Positions 1 through 14,200 of a DNA stretch of 64,000 bases are shown in pieces. Source of the DNA: Ostrea edulis (Eukaryota). How positions within the stretch are numbered: position 1 is the first letter of the stretch; the number at the start of each line of letters is the position of its first letter. Under the pieces are notes generated by a model. That model did not search any database. It was not told the origin of the DNA and worked only from the letters and a program-made list of their open reading frames with translations. The position numbers were made by a program, and so were the translations under genes. Where the stretch lies: NCBI RefSeq assembly GCF_947568905.1, contig NC_079166.1:14384001-14448000 (forward strand), given 5' to 3'.

Positions 1-1477
1 ATATTCGAAAAACATCCCCCACTAAGATATTTTTGTAATGTAGGTTTTATATAGCGAATTAGTCCGTCAAATCTACCTCACTCCACGTACCACTTAGAAA
101 ATGTGGAATTTATTTTAGTTACGATTTAGAACATAATATTACATGCTATACTCCCAGGTGAATCAGATATTAATATAAAATCTACATAGCTCCTAGCGAT
201 TTGTCGTTGATGTTATCAAAAGAATAGTTATAAGACATCAAATACAATCAAACACCACAATTTTACTATTGACAAAAGAACTATGATTACAGGTAGAGCA
301 GTCACTGGATTAAATCCTGTGAAGTCCATACACCTTCTCAGTATCTTTGATCGCATACCTCTCTTTCCCGTATTCAGATGAAGTTTTTATGCTTACGTAT
401 TACTTACATGCAGGATTTGAGACGAACGGGATATTTTAGATATAAAAGCATACGGTAATAACCACCCGCCGTACACCTTGACAATCAACGTGGCGATACA
501 GAAAACAAGTCAAACTTCTTCATTCATTCAAATCTGTGTGATATCATAAATATATGTAGTTCCTTTACTATTTCGGAACTTAATATCTTTTAGGACATGT
601 GTGTATATACATGAATCTAAGGTGGCTAGATGGGACAAAGTAAAAGGTTGGCTCATTCGAAGTTACAGGCAGGTTGAATAATTTCCAAAAGGATGTAGAC
701 TCTAGGTGTTGTTATCCGTGATGCTTTGTCACTGCAAACACATAGAGTTAGTTGTCCTTTCTGAGCTAACAGCACGCTCTTGTTCAACGTTTCATGATTA
801 AAACAACGTTGATGACCTTACACTTTCTTCCCAAACGTTTGTGAATCTATAGATTTATATGGTTTTTAAATGAAGGAAACTTTCCATTACAAGTTGAATT
901 GTACTTCAATCACATCCTGTGAATATTCGGAAGACCAAAATGCGATACCATTAACAAAAATTGTTTAAATGAACAGAAATAAGTTTCCTAATTTGAAGAA
1001 AAAATATGACATATTTCAGTTTATGTCTAGGTCAGACTTTTATATTTGTCATCTGAAACTGATTCTCATGTGATAATTTCAGTAATAATGGATCGGTGAA
1101 GATCGAATTTATTTTGGGTTATGTTGATCTATGTAAAGATAAAGTATATATATTTTTTTATCTGTGTACTTTGTAACTACACAAATATATCTGAACATGA
1201 ATACTAGTTTATATCGTGGATACATTCAAAGTTTAAAAGTGAATATTGTTCCTCCCCTCTTAATCATTTTTTTTATTAACATTTCTTATTTTGAAAAATA
1301 AGTGTTATCAAATGTATGTTTACTATAACAATTTAAGTACTTGTTCAGGAATTAGGCACGACATACAAATGTATATAGCATTGTTTATTATCGGAAATTC
1401 CACCAATCTTATTTACTAATATAATACACGAGATCGTGATTGATATCATTCTGTTTATTCCGGCTTCATTGAAATTA

Positions 1478-1785
1478 GGGTGTCCTGGTAGCATAGAGGT
1501 AGCGCTCTCGCTTCTCAACGCTGAGACCCGAGTTCGATCCCCGTGATCGGCAGTGGTTGTATGTGAGAGAGTATGGCGGTCGCCCGCTCGGACAGGTGGG
1601 TTTCCTCCGGGTACTCCGATTTCCTCCCACATAAATGACCCCCTAGCGCAAACATCCGTCCATCAAAAGGACCCCATTGGAAATAAGCTTTCGAGTTTTC
1701 ATGGGTTATTCTTGGTACTTATGTATGTATGTTTGTATGTATGTATATACTGAATAAATATTTATTTTATTTATTTATTTTATTA
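1478..1785 (+). mobile_element. tRNA-derived SINE with V-domain-like core
   Basis: A-box-like tggtagcatagagg, B box gagttcgatcc, core gggtttcctccgggtactccgatttcctcccac, (tatg)n tail; near-identical copy at 36526. Confidence 0.85.
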
Positions 1786-2652
1786 TGGCATTGTTTATTG
1801 TAACTGTTTACCCCAGAGCTGTTGCAGCACTTATGTTGTCAGGCAACAGTGATATCATTGTCATTTGAAAATGTACTGTGCATTGGTAGTACAATGATAC
1901 ATGTGTCATCAACCGAATGTCACTTGACGTGGACGATATACTACTTGAATTAACAACAGGCTTCATACCATTCCACTATGACAAAATGACTACAAAAACG
2001 TAATTTTCAACACGAATTTAGTTTAAATGGATTAGATTATGAGAGACATAATCAAATTTGGCAGCGATCGGAGCCTATGCAAGTCTTCATCTGAGTACAA
2101 GGTCACTACAAGTACATTAGTTACCTACATTAACCAAACTACATTCATAACACAATAATAAACGTATAGAGTACTTATTTGTACTGCACTGTAAATCGTA
2201 GCTAAAAATATCCTGCACATTTAAATTGACAGTACATGTAGGACTTCATAATTGTTATGCCTATGGAAATCGCCTTTTCGTGATTTAGTTTAAAAATGAC
2301 ATAATCACAATTATGTAGCCAGTAAAATACTCCCTTCTTAACGCTAGAATTGCGGAAACATGACGAAATAAATTTTCAATTCGCATTGAAATGTGAGTTA
2401 TCTATCAATTTATACAATGTTTTAACAAGACAACAGTATTATGCAAAAATAAATGTGTGATTTTTTCTAAATACAAAATGCAACAAAACATGCTATACAA
2501 ACTAGATAAATAATTGAATAATTAAAAAACAAATATGGTACTTGATTTACTTGTTACATTCATCAGAGGTATCCATATAAACAAAGCATCTGATGAGGAA
2601 TTACAACATAGACCTTAAACAGACATGTAGAATAGGTGAGGGTTCAGACGTT

Positions 2653-3033
2653 AAAATTGGTACCGTATAAGTTTTACATTATGACCCCTGGGTCGAGGCC
2701 TCTACTGGTGGACTGTTAGTCCCCGAGGGTCTCTACAGCCCAGTAGCTAAGTACTTCGTTACTAGCTTGAAAATGTGGATGTATATTTAATTGCTGTTAT
2801 AAAATTTAGAAATTCATTTCAAAATTAAGGATTATCTCCCTCATGCATAGCTCTTATACTTGGACGAATTTGGCTCCACTTTTTTGGCACGCTGTTTTTG
2901 GCTATATTTAGCTCCAAAACTTCATAGTTATTTCGGATTTCAAACATTTCGGTTGAGCATCACTGAAGAGACATTATTTGTCGAAATACGCATCTGGTGC
3001 ATCAAAATTGGTACCGTATAGGTTTTACATTAT
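2653..3033 (+). mobile_element. Retrozyme-like or PLE pseudo-LTR element, 351-nt unit with ~30-nt terminal direct repeats
   Basis: aaaattggtaccgtata(a/g)gttttacattat occurs at 2653 and 3004; hammerhead just before the 3' repeat; non-coding; second copy at ~62881-63208. Confidence 0.8.
2957..3000 (+). ncRNA. Type I hammerhead ribozyme (minimal form; helix III mismatch)
   Basis: GCATCA-CTGAAGA-GAC(attattt)GTC-GAAA-TACGCATC-TGGTGC: complete core, 6-bp helix I, helix II, AUC cleavage triplet at 2992-2994. Confidence 0.8.
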
Positions 3034-3189
3034 AGGAACAGTATTCGACATTCATGCAAATACACGCTTTGTCCACTAAGCAATTTTATCTTTAAAAAAT
3101 CTGCTTACAAGTAGTTCATGTCACAACAATACAGATGTATGTATCCTTCAGGAAATTGACAACAAATGAAGAACATAGCCATTGAGAAG

Positions 3190-3602
3190 TTAAAATGATG
3201 TGTATGTTGTTCGGCGAACTGGATTCTGTGAAAATGTAAACAGAAATATTAATACACATACGTACACCATTCCAAAACTAACATCGACTTTCTTACTTAA
3301 TTGGAAGATCTTGTACTCACCGACAGATTGATTCTTGGAAGAAGAACCACGCCGGAGTTGTTTTGGGACTCTATAATTTGATAAAAATTCCAATTATTTG
3401 CAACACACACATATTTAGCTGATGGATAGCAGGAACAGCAAAACAAAAGGAATAGAAATTTTCCCGTAATTACCTTTAACCTCATCATCACTGTGCAGAT
3501 CTTTAGAATTTGATTTGGATTCCTGAATTGAAAAGAGCAGCAGTAGAGCGATTAAGGTAAGTGGTACATCCCGCGTGTTCTTGTGTTTACTTAAGTGTTT
3601 AT

Positions 3603-3660
<58 letters not shown>

Positions 3661-6600
3661 GGTTTTAAGGAAACACAAATCAACAAATCAACAATGCTAG
3701 TCATAATTTGCATGTATCTTTCGTTTCCGTTCTTCATCAGATATATTTTGTCAGCTTAGTTACTTACAGACTTATGTTTCGATGATTTTGTTGTTAGTGT
3801 TCTTGATTCATATTTCTGTATTTTTCTTGATATTGCTTTTCGAACCTACAAAATAATATACCAGTAAAATACAAACTACCTGATCTACTAGTACAAACCA
3901 TGGACCCTCCAAACATGTAGGTGCCCCTGTTGTGTATAATAAAGAAGGACGTGTAATAATCAGTAAAGGATATCCAATTTTGGTGATTGAAAAGTAGTGA
4001 AATAATGACATTCTATACTGTATTATTTATTTGCATAAACGTTCGTCCAAACATTCCAAGTACATCCCAAGATATTCAAGAATCAGTGAAAATTTTTATA
4101 GAGTTTTTAATTACATAATTTATAACTGATCATTATATGTGTATACCGTAGGTTTGTGAACAATGAACAAATGCTGCCTAAAATCTTTATCTTTATCTTC
4201 GACGATAGATCTATGTGTTTGAAGTTCCAAGAGAGAACATAATTCATTTCCAAAGCATCTATTCACAACCCACGACCATTTTTAAGCATGTGTAAAGGAG
4301 CGACAGTTTTTTTTATTTCTTTATGGTGTATGCATGTGCGTATTGATATACAGTGTATATTTGTATCAAATGTGAATCCTACCTGATTGTTTAACAGGAC
4401 ATGGAATAGGAAAATGAACAGTCCCTGTTAAAATGTAAAACAAGACGTAATTAATCACTTATGTAATACATGACCTTCTTGCTCAATTTCACGATTTCTT
4501 CAAAATCCACATTACGTTTGCCTAGACAGTCATTCCTATTTAGGATGGTCTTATTTGTTTACATTCGTTGATATCCATAGATATAACCCATCAAACGTTG
4601 AAAACTGCAACATATAAATGTTTGTAATCTGGAAGCCTTATAATGTATGACCTACCTGTAATGAATTAAATACAGCAAACAGATACCCGAAAATAATCGT
4701 ATTTTCATCTATGTAGAGAATTCCGAATACCCAGGTTAATCCAAGGACAGGTAATAACGCACATGTTCCTCGTATTCCGCTCCTGTAACATCAATACTAC
4801 TCCATTACAATACTAAAATATATTTTAATCAACAGGTACATTCTTGATGGTTGTCTACTTAATAATATTACACATGGGCCTAATCTGCGAAATAAATTCG
4901 TATGATTCAATGCAACATAAAACTGACCCCTCTGCTTTGATATCATAACTAATTCATAGATTATATGTGTATGATAGGAAGGTTTGACCGGTCGGCAGGA
5001 ATGCTTACTCCTCCCAGTCACCTGATCCCACCTTTGGTGTGTCTAGGGGTCCGTGTTTGCCCAACTCTTTGTTTTACATTCCTTATAGGAGTTATGAGAT
5101 TGATCACTGTTCGTTATCTTAACCTTTCTTGACAAATATTGCAAACTTCAAATAAACATGTATGATTATTACATCAATATTGTATCACATGGAATTGTAT
5201 CACATGGAATTGTATCATATGGAATTGTATCAGAGACGATTCCACACATTCAAGGTTTCCCAATACTGACCATCACTTACCTCGCTTTATCTCTGATTGA
5301 TTTCTTTATCATAAATGATGAAGAGAACAAAGCTCTCATTGCCACAACAAGAATGGCAAAATTTATCTGGAAGAAAGGATTTTAACGGTGTGATGGAAAT
5401 AAAATAAAAAGGACAAAGAGCGAGAAAAGCAAACAATTTCTTGTCAATTCATGCTACAACAATATCGGAATCATGCTTTCACACGTCACGTTTTCCAGCT
5501 CACTTCTTGAGAGGATGTTTCAGATCGTATCATGTTTCCACTTTTGAAATACGAATATCTCCACTGGAAGTGGGAATGACCTTCCATGTGAATAAGATTG
5601 TTTTAAAAATATGTATATCATATATAAATCAACATTACATTGCGCTACGATTCACTGATTGACTGTCTTTCGCTCAGTAATTCGAGAGATAAAAACAATG
5701 AAGATGTAACAATGTTTATATTGGACAGACAAGCATATCGACATAGAGAGACAATCATCGGGAAATTTTAAACTTTTTCAGTCGTTGGTTCAGACATCAA
5801 AATAAATACTGATTTTCACGACTTAAAGCCTATTTTTCTATATAGATAATGACTTACATTACATACATTACTACAGTACATTACATAACTCGGTTTTCTG
5901 AAGTAGTAGTTATCACTTACATTACATAAATTACTACAGTACATTACATAACTCGGGTCTCTGAAGTAGCAGTAGCATTTACCAGAATAATAACCAGTGC
6001 TGGAACAATGAATCCGTATCGTGTTGTCCTCGCGAGCCAGCAACTAATAATAAAACATTGCTTTTATCACATCAAGTAGTTTGGTTTTAATATATAAATC
6101 ATTAGTGACCACATTTATTTATCAAACATGCATATGTTCATTTACACAATTAAACGAATGCTTACATTTAGAATTCGTTCCTTAAAACAATATTCAATCA
6201 ATCCATCTTATCCATACGTGAAAACATGCAATACTCACACTTCCGTATTTCCAAATCCACGCGTTTCTGTTACCCCCAAGGTTACTGCCACAATAACAGC
6301 TGGTAGACCTGTTATAATCAGTGTGTTAAAAATGTTTGAGATGTTCTTGTTTTCTATGGATATCACCACATGTAATATGAAACCATAAATCCAGTGTAAA
6401 AGATCTTCAAAATGTAAAAGCATTATAATGATGTATTTGCAAGTTATGAATTATGATTGATTTTCTTCCAAAAGATAAGTGCTGTGAGGATGTCGGTTAG
6501 AATATGCCCTCAGTACCCCCTTGCTTGTCGTACGAGGCAACTATATGGGGCGGTCCTTTGGACGAGACCGGAAAAACCGAGGTCCCGTGTCACAGCAGGT

Positions 6601-6757
6601 GTGGCACGGTAAAGATCCCTCCCTGCTCAATCGGCATAAGCACCGAGCATAGGCGTAAAGTTTTGCAGCCCTTCACCAGCAGTGGCGACGTCTCCATATT
6701 AGTGATATATTGTCGACAGGGACGTTAAACAATATTCAATCATTCGATCAATCCAAA

Positions 6758-6831
<74 letters not shown>

Positions 6832-9800
6832 AAAGTTTATATTAACCTAAGCTTAAGTGTATTTTGTGCAATAATCTTCATACAATACAGTTCTATTTCA
6901 ATTTGATCGAAATGACGTAGAACCGGAAATACAACATACAGTAATGTAGTTTGACCATACAGCCTATCGTTGGGTCAAATACTGACTGACGTGTTTCATA
7001 CCGATTGTTAGGTCGTTCTTTGCACACTGATTTTGACTACGGATAACTCAGTTTCCCTGATCACGATACAGGGTTCACGGCGGGTGTGACCGGTCGACAG
7101 GGGATGCTTACTCCTCCTAGGAACCTGGCTCCGCCTTTGGTGTGTCCAGGGGACCGTGTTTGCCGAAATCTCTACTTTGTATTGCTTATAGGAGTTATGT
7201 GATTGATCAGTATTCGTTATCTTCGCCTTTCATTATAAACTGCTTTATTCGGTATTTTGATACAAAATGATTATTTTCTTGATGTTTTCGTTTGAAAATA
7301 TCAAGCACAACCAATGGTACTCTTTTATAATTATATCACAAATCTATCTCAAAACACTATAAATTTCAGATAAAAATTATGTAAAAATACACTGGGTAAG
7401 TTTTGTTTCGTGACATGAAACATTTACTTTGTCTTTGAAGTTTAAAACTATACGCTTTATATGGGTCGAAAGAAGCCGTTATCACACATCGTTCTTTTAA
7501 AACAAATACTTCACCCCAGCCTAATAGCAGTAGAAAGGCAGAACTTGATCTGGAGTTGAACACATCAAGTACAGCTACTGCAAGATCGATCCCAAGCGCC
7601 AACATGATGCAAAACATAGCCAGGAAGAAGTAATGCAGAAGGGCAGCAATAACGACACATCCAATCTGAAATATTATAGAGTATGTATGTGTACATTTTC
7701 ATTTCTAGGTCAAATACAGGTAAATAAGAGGAGGAAATATACTACTAACAATTGAAAGACGATTCTAAGATCAACAAAGACGCCAAAGAAAATATACCAA
7801 ATATGCTTCATATATTCAGATATTTTATAAATCTAATAAACGGCACAACTTTATGACACACGGGGTAACTTCAGCTTCTCCATCGTCAACCTCCCATTTC
7901 CATCTAGCAATAATTAGCAATCACCAGCATATGGTGTTTATGTCTCCCCACTGATTCGATCCGCAATAGTATGTTAAGCGTGTGATTATTTATTAAACTA
8001 AGACATGCTACTCAGTAGTCCGAAATATCTGACGTTTTCCAGGCCTTTTTATGATTTTGATATTTACCATGCAAGGAAAACGTCAGAACCGGCGCCATTA
8101 CGTAAACTGGAAATTCGCCGCCTCCAGGTGGAGGCAGCATTCTTGGGCCAATTTTAAATACTTGCGAGCAAAATTCAATGTTAAACTCATGATTATTCAA
8201 TAAAACCATGCTTTTTGTGCTTACTAATATCGATTTGTTGGATTTTTTCATCACATAGATAGCCTCATGAAAACATTTTTTACAAACTGTCAACCTTTGT
8301 TTTTTGTCACGTGACTTGTTCGCTCAAATGACAGCGAAAATTCGATTGACTACAATTGTGTGCTTCTGTTATCGAATTATGTAGTGATGTTTTCTTTTAA
8401 TCGATATTAGCAAGTACAAGAAGCATTGTTTTATTGATTAATTATGAGTTTAACATTGAAGTCGACTCCAAAGTATTTAAAATCAGCCCGAGAATGCCGC
8501 CTCCAGATGGAGGCGGCGAATTTCCAGTTCACGGAATGGCACCGGTTCTGACGTTTTCCTGGTACGGTAAATATCAAAATCATAAAAAAGCCAGGAACAC
8601 GTAAGATATTTTGGACTAGCTACTCATAAATAAGTCGAATGCTGCCTGATGTGTTTCATGTCAATTGTTACACTTTTCTTTACATACTGATTTTGAAAAC
8701 GGATTACTCTGTTTCCTTAATCAAGCATAAGCAAAACATATGTCACTAGAAATTCAAGAGGTGGGATCAGGTGTCTAAAAGCAGTAAGCACCCCTGTTGA
8801 CCAGTCATACCCATCAACTGGGCTATATCTTGATTAAGTAAATTTTTAGCCGACATCATTGTGCAAAAAAGGAGCTAGCAATATTTTCATGAAATACGCC
8901 ACACAACATTCGACTTCATGACCTATAAAATTCCCATATAATTTGCGAAAAGATCGTCTTTATACGAAATTGTTGAAACAACTGAAACATGTGAGTAATG
9001 TGTGAATACTTGTGTGGATTTCTAGATACATACATGGTTTTCGGTTTTGTCCTTTGCTGACAGAAACAACATGTAAGCGATAAACATAGCCAGACAAAGG
9101 TTGATAATCAAGACGGAACGCCGTGATTTCATATATCTGCAACAGAAATGAAAAGTCCTCATATAATCATATCACTGTAATAGTGATTACACCAAATCTT
9201 AGATTATAGGAAAATAGCAATAAATGCAACTCAATTTCGAAAAATAATTATTTTATCAATCAGCAAAAATCTAACTAGATATTAACCTCCAAAAATAAAG
9301 GTAAATAAAAATCGTTGCCAACGAGCCAACGATGGAGCAACTGCATCCGATATTAGAAATCATAGTCAGCCTTTGATCATCCGGTGGTGGTGTCTATGGA
9401 AAAAAAATCAAAGAATATATCATGGGGATTTGTCGTGCATGATATCATTTTAGATAATCTCTTATTCAGAATCCCCACACTAAGGATAGACAAAACATTG
9501 ACTCATGCATATCATGTAAAAGTAGTTTGGATTTTTTTGCTTGATATGATATCACTGACAAGATGACTCAGCTACGTTATGGTAGGTTGTGACATCATAA
9601 CTGTTGGGAACATTGTGCAATATTTCGAAACAGATCAATTTGTATAGTTCTTTAAAACTTTTTAAGCATTGAGGTACAGTTTAAGAATATATAACAAGAA
9701 TATTTATTGATACAAACTCGGTCGCGACTACTGGAGTAAGCATCCCCTGTTACCTATAACAAGCACACCATTTAGAAGCTTGTCTTTTCCTACATTAGTC

Positions 9801-11179
9801 ATTCATCGTAGTCCTGGCAAGTTAAGGGTATTGTACACACTTTATATCATATAAAATTGTATTAAGTAGTTTCAGAATATTCACATATAGAATGTATTTA
9901 ACTTGATGAAAATAGCTATTTCAATTTTTAAGATACGGTATGAATGTAGTCTTGCTTTCCCACACACTCTCGCTCTCGAGACTGCACAAGGTAGAGTCTG
10001 GTAAGATTCCTTTTTTGTTTGATGGTTTCAAATCGAGGCTTACCGAGAAATCGGTACTGTTTCTGATTGGGTGATAGAGTAACGTGAAGGAACTAAAGTT
10101 CGAAGCAACTATCAGAATTTGTTTACAACGGCAAAATTTAAATTTTCAAGTGAAAGACCTTCCGTTTTTAACACTAAAAGTCAACATTCAATAAAATATC
10201 TCTGTTTGCTTTGCAACGAACAAAGAAAAACACGCAAATATCCTTATCAGTTGTAATTGTTTTGGTCTATTGGTCTCAAAATCAAAATATCAGACTCTCG
10301 CATGTACAAAGTCTCGAGAGTGAGACTCTGGGAAAAGCGAGACTAGGTTTGAATGTAGAAAATGAACAAAATAAACCGTACAACAATGAGAATGTAAATA
10401 CGACAAACTCTGATTACATGGAATAAAACTATACAAAGCTAAATTTTCCAGTCACCTCAGTATAGTCCGTTACGCTACAACGCCAATAGTATTATTCGTA
10501 AGGGAAAGTAGTACAAGAGAATTCACTCTGTGTGGAGTTAGAGCTAAATTATCGCTTTCAATACAAAAATAAATAGTAGGAATTTACAGATCCTGGACAC
10601 CGGAAATTAATAGATGTTTCCATGACCTTCTTCTTTAATTTTCGTATTGTTATTTTTACCAGTATTCATGCAGTGTACCTTATTATCTTCACCAAAGTCT
10701 ACACTCATCAATATAGCAAAGCTGGTCAAATGGCTACACGTACAAGTCGTATATGAACTGTTGGAATGAAGAACACTGCATCCGGTATTGTTCCAAGAGC
10801 TGTATAAAACAACAATGAGACGTGAGTATTTTTTCGATTTATCAGTTGAAAGGTTGGTAAATGGATTATCATTTGTGAGTCGTTGTAGCCCAATAGATTG
10901 GTATAAAAAAATCGAAAAATTTAGTACATATTTGAGCACTAGAAAAAGATGGCATGGTAATGATAATGGTTTATATCAAACTTCTTTGAGTATATTACTT
11001 TATGTTCCAGACGTTATAGCAATGCATTTCGTTGAGTGGATATCCATATCACATGACAAAACATTATCAAGTATATAATACTTTAAGAAAATATGTATAA
11101 CTTACTGTTCTGGTTTATTTAGGAAGACACACTCTGACGTGGTATTTACTGATGCCTGTAAGTAATTGTGATACTCTCA

Positions 11180-11264
<85 letters not shown>

Positions 11265-14200
11265 CATTTGGACAATAGTGGCGAGGATCTGGAATTTTAT
11301 TTGGTAAAATTAACTTACATTTCTGGAATTTTGCTCGAAAGTGAGTGAGATATTTTTCATAATTTCTTTCACATTTTCCAGAGTTAGTGATAAAACGCTA
11401 GAGCCTAGTGATGAATTCCTATGGAAAGAAATTAATAAGAATGAGGATAAAGGAAAATTACATTGCATACAAACTTAGAAATTCAGACAAAGGAATGTGA
11501 TGATACAATTTTTTTAAGTTATATCCTGTCAACTGATGTTGTTATCACTTACAATACAAAATAAAACCCAATTACCTTTCAAGTCTACCCAAATCATGGG
11601 TCTGTGATTCACTACATTTCGTATAAACATTTGACATGTTCTTTTGATACAAATAGAATGCAAAAAAATAGTACATGTCACCACGGCTTCCCATGTGGAG
11701 AGTTTGGGATTCAGTATATTGTTATGCAGCTGCTCTTGGCACACTGATTTTGACTACGGATGACTCCGTTTAAGATACAGAGCTCACGGTGGGTGTGACC
11801 GGTTGATAGAGAATGTTTCCCCTCCTAGGCACTCGATCCCACCTCTGGTGTATCCAGAGATCCGTGACCAACTATCCATGTTGTATTGCTTATTGGAGTT
11901 ATGGGATTGATCACTGTACGTTATATTCACCTTCCATACTTCTCCCAACCCCTTGAAATGCTCCATTGATACTTTCGGGGCTAGATATTTGAATGACTTT
12001 ATGGTCCAAGAAAAATCTGCATTTTGTTCAACAGATAATGGAGACTCACAAGTTCACATATGTTCCCAGTTTACACGCCCGACATTTCAATTCTGATTTT
12101 TATTATGCTTAGAAAATGATACCAAATTTTATATTCTAGAGATGATAATATAAACAAAGGCTATCATATTAACTGAATAATTTATAGGCTTCCACACCTA
12201 ATGGCTAGTGCTTTTTATTGAATGATACATTTACGTACATTTTATACAAGTATTTTGGGGTGAATTGGAACGCATTTGAAAACAATTGTTATTAAATTAT
12301 GCCACATCAAAATTCAACAAAACACATAAATCTTGAAACCTTACCTGCTACTTCCTGCCGTATCAAACTCTGATCCAAAATTATCATATTTTACAGCTGT
12401 AAATGCAACATCTGAAACGATAGTGGGGAACCAACACCTGATTTTATATACAATATAGGAATTCTGAGATTGTTTACACCTCTTCATGCAGTATTAGATC
12501 TATCATAGCTTAGATAAAAGATGAAGATAATGAGCATTGATTAATCTCATAACTCCTATAAACAATACAAAATAGATAGTTGGGCCAACACGGATCCCTG
12601 GATATACCAGGTGCCTAGGAGGAGTAAGCAACCCTGTCGACCGGTCACACCCGCGGTGAATCCTATATCTTGATCAGGTAAACGGAGTTATCCGTAGTCA
12701 CACATCAGTGTGCTAGGAACGGTCTAACAATCGGTATGAAACACGTCAGACAGTATTTTACCCAATGATAGTTTGTATTGGCAAACTAGATCGTAATAAC
12801 AACCATAGAGTTTGCGAAATGCTGACTTTAAATGAGACTGTTGTACCCCATCAACATCACCTTGTTTGTCAGTAACCTGCTTTGATTTAAAACTGAACAT
12901 ACGCAGAAGAAGCTCTTGGGTATCGAATCAGTTGAGAGATATAAATGTGGTAGTACAAATCTATTCTTATTGATTTCTTATGTATTTATTCATTTTTCGT
13001 TTGATTACATTTTTGAAAAGTATAGTAAATTTCGGATTGAGTGGGACTTCTACTGCGCATCGGATTGAGTTGTTTTTCTTATGCGCATTGGATTGAGTTA
13101 ATAGTTTTGTAACGCTAAATTTCATTCGTCATTAAGTATTACCCAATAGTCATGATTCACCTTTAACTATAAGTTACCGTTCAAACTGAGTAAATCAGAG
13201 CAGTGTACATTTTACTTCGAAAATCTAGCTATCCAGCTTCAATCAGGTGCATCTTGTGGTACGTAAGAATCATATTTACTTAGGTCTTACCTTACTACAA
13301 TATTTTTGTAAATGACTCTTATTCTTAATTGCAACGCTTATGCTTTATTGTATTTTTGCAGTTAAAGTTGTCTTAGTATATATTCAGAATTTGTTTGTAA
13401 GTTCAGAGGTCCATTTCTTACAAAACATATTTTTCTATTATAAATGTAAGCTGTATTATTGGTAACTTATTGTCAACAGTTTATCTAAATTATGAACTTG
13501 TCCTTTTTGTCTAATACAATTGTTATTTATTTTGCTTATAGGTCAATGCTATAAAAATAAACACCATCAAACCGAATCAAGACTGCTCGCTTACATAAAC
13601 GCTATATGCAGGGTATCATGGATTATTGCTACATAAATATGGGAAGTTGACGGTGGAGAAGCTGAAATCATCCCATTTGTCATAAAATGGAGTTGTTAGT
13701 TTGCCGTTAATATCTACTTTCAATAAAATATCTAAGTATGAAGCCGGAGTGGACGGCTCAGTGGAGTCTTTTATTTCGAGTTCACGGGGATTTATCGAAT
13801 CTAAATATGAATGAAAGTTATTATTGTTAATAGACAAAACTTCGTCAATATGTGTAAATGTCGAATTGAAGGTGACAACAAGATATTTTCTCTTCTCACG
13901 TAGACGATTTTGAATAAATTCTGTTTCATATGAATATAGAGAATGGTGTCGACGTCGTCGTCGATATATCTAAATGTCGAATTGAAGGCCACAACAAGAA
14001 ATTGTTTCTTCTCACGTAGAAGTTTTTGAATACATTCTGCTTCATAGAAATTTAAAAACATGGCAGCTAACAGAAGAGTACCTATGGTGCCCATGAGAAT
14101 TCCAACAGACTGTTGGAAGACCTGATCACCAACGACAACGAAGATATTGACAATGAGAAACTCCAGCATATTTTTTATTTCAACTTCAGATTGCCTGTGC

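Noticed and set aside
1478-1550. tRNA gene
   Set aside because: A/B boxes are present but continue into a SINE core and tail repeated at 36526; no complete cloverleaf.
600-2110. Short AG/GT-bounded minus-strand frames beyond the GPCR stop
   Set aside because: The frame already ends at 3190 with a PDZ-type terminus, and these pieces show no recognisable homology.
2560-2600. CTGATGA hammerhead-like core
   Set aside because: No helix II followed by GAAA; it is only a short inverted repeat. The same holds for CTGATGA near 17375, 44855 and 47340.
3880-3926. Possible GPCR exon [15 protein letters not shown]
   Set aside because: It needs a phase-1 upstream partner. The chain 4383-4424 to 3768-3845 is already in frame and gives the expected NNQ-VRKAI helix 8.
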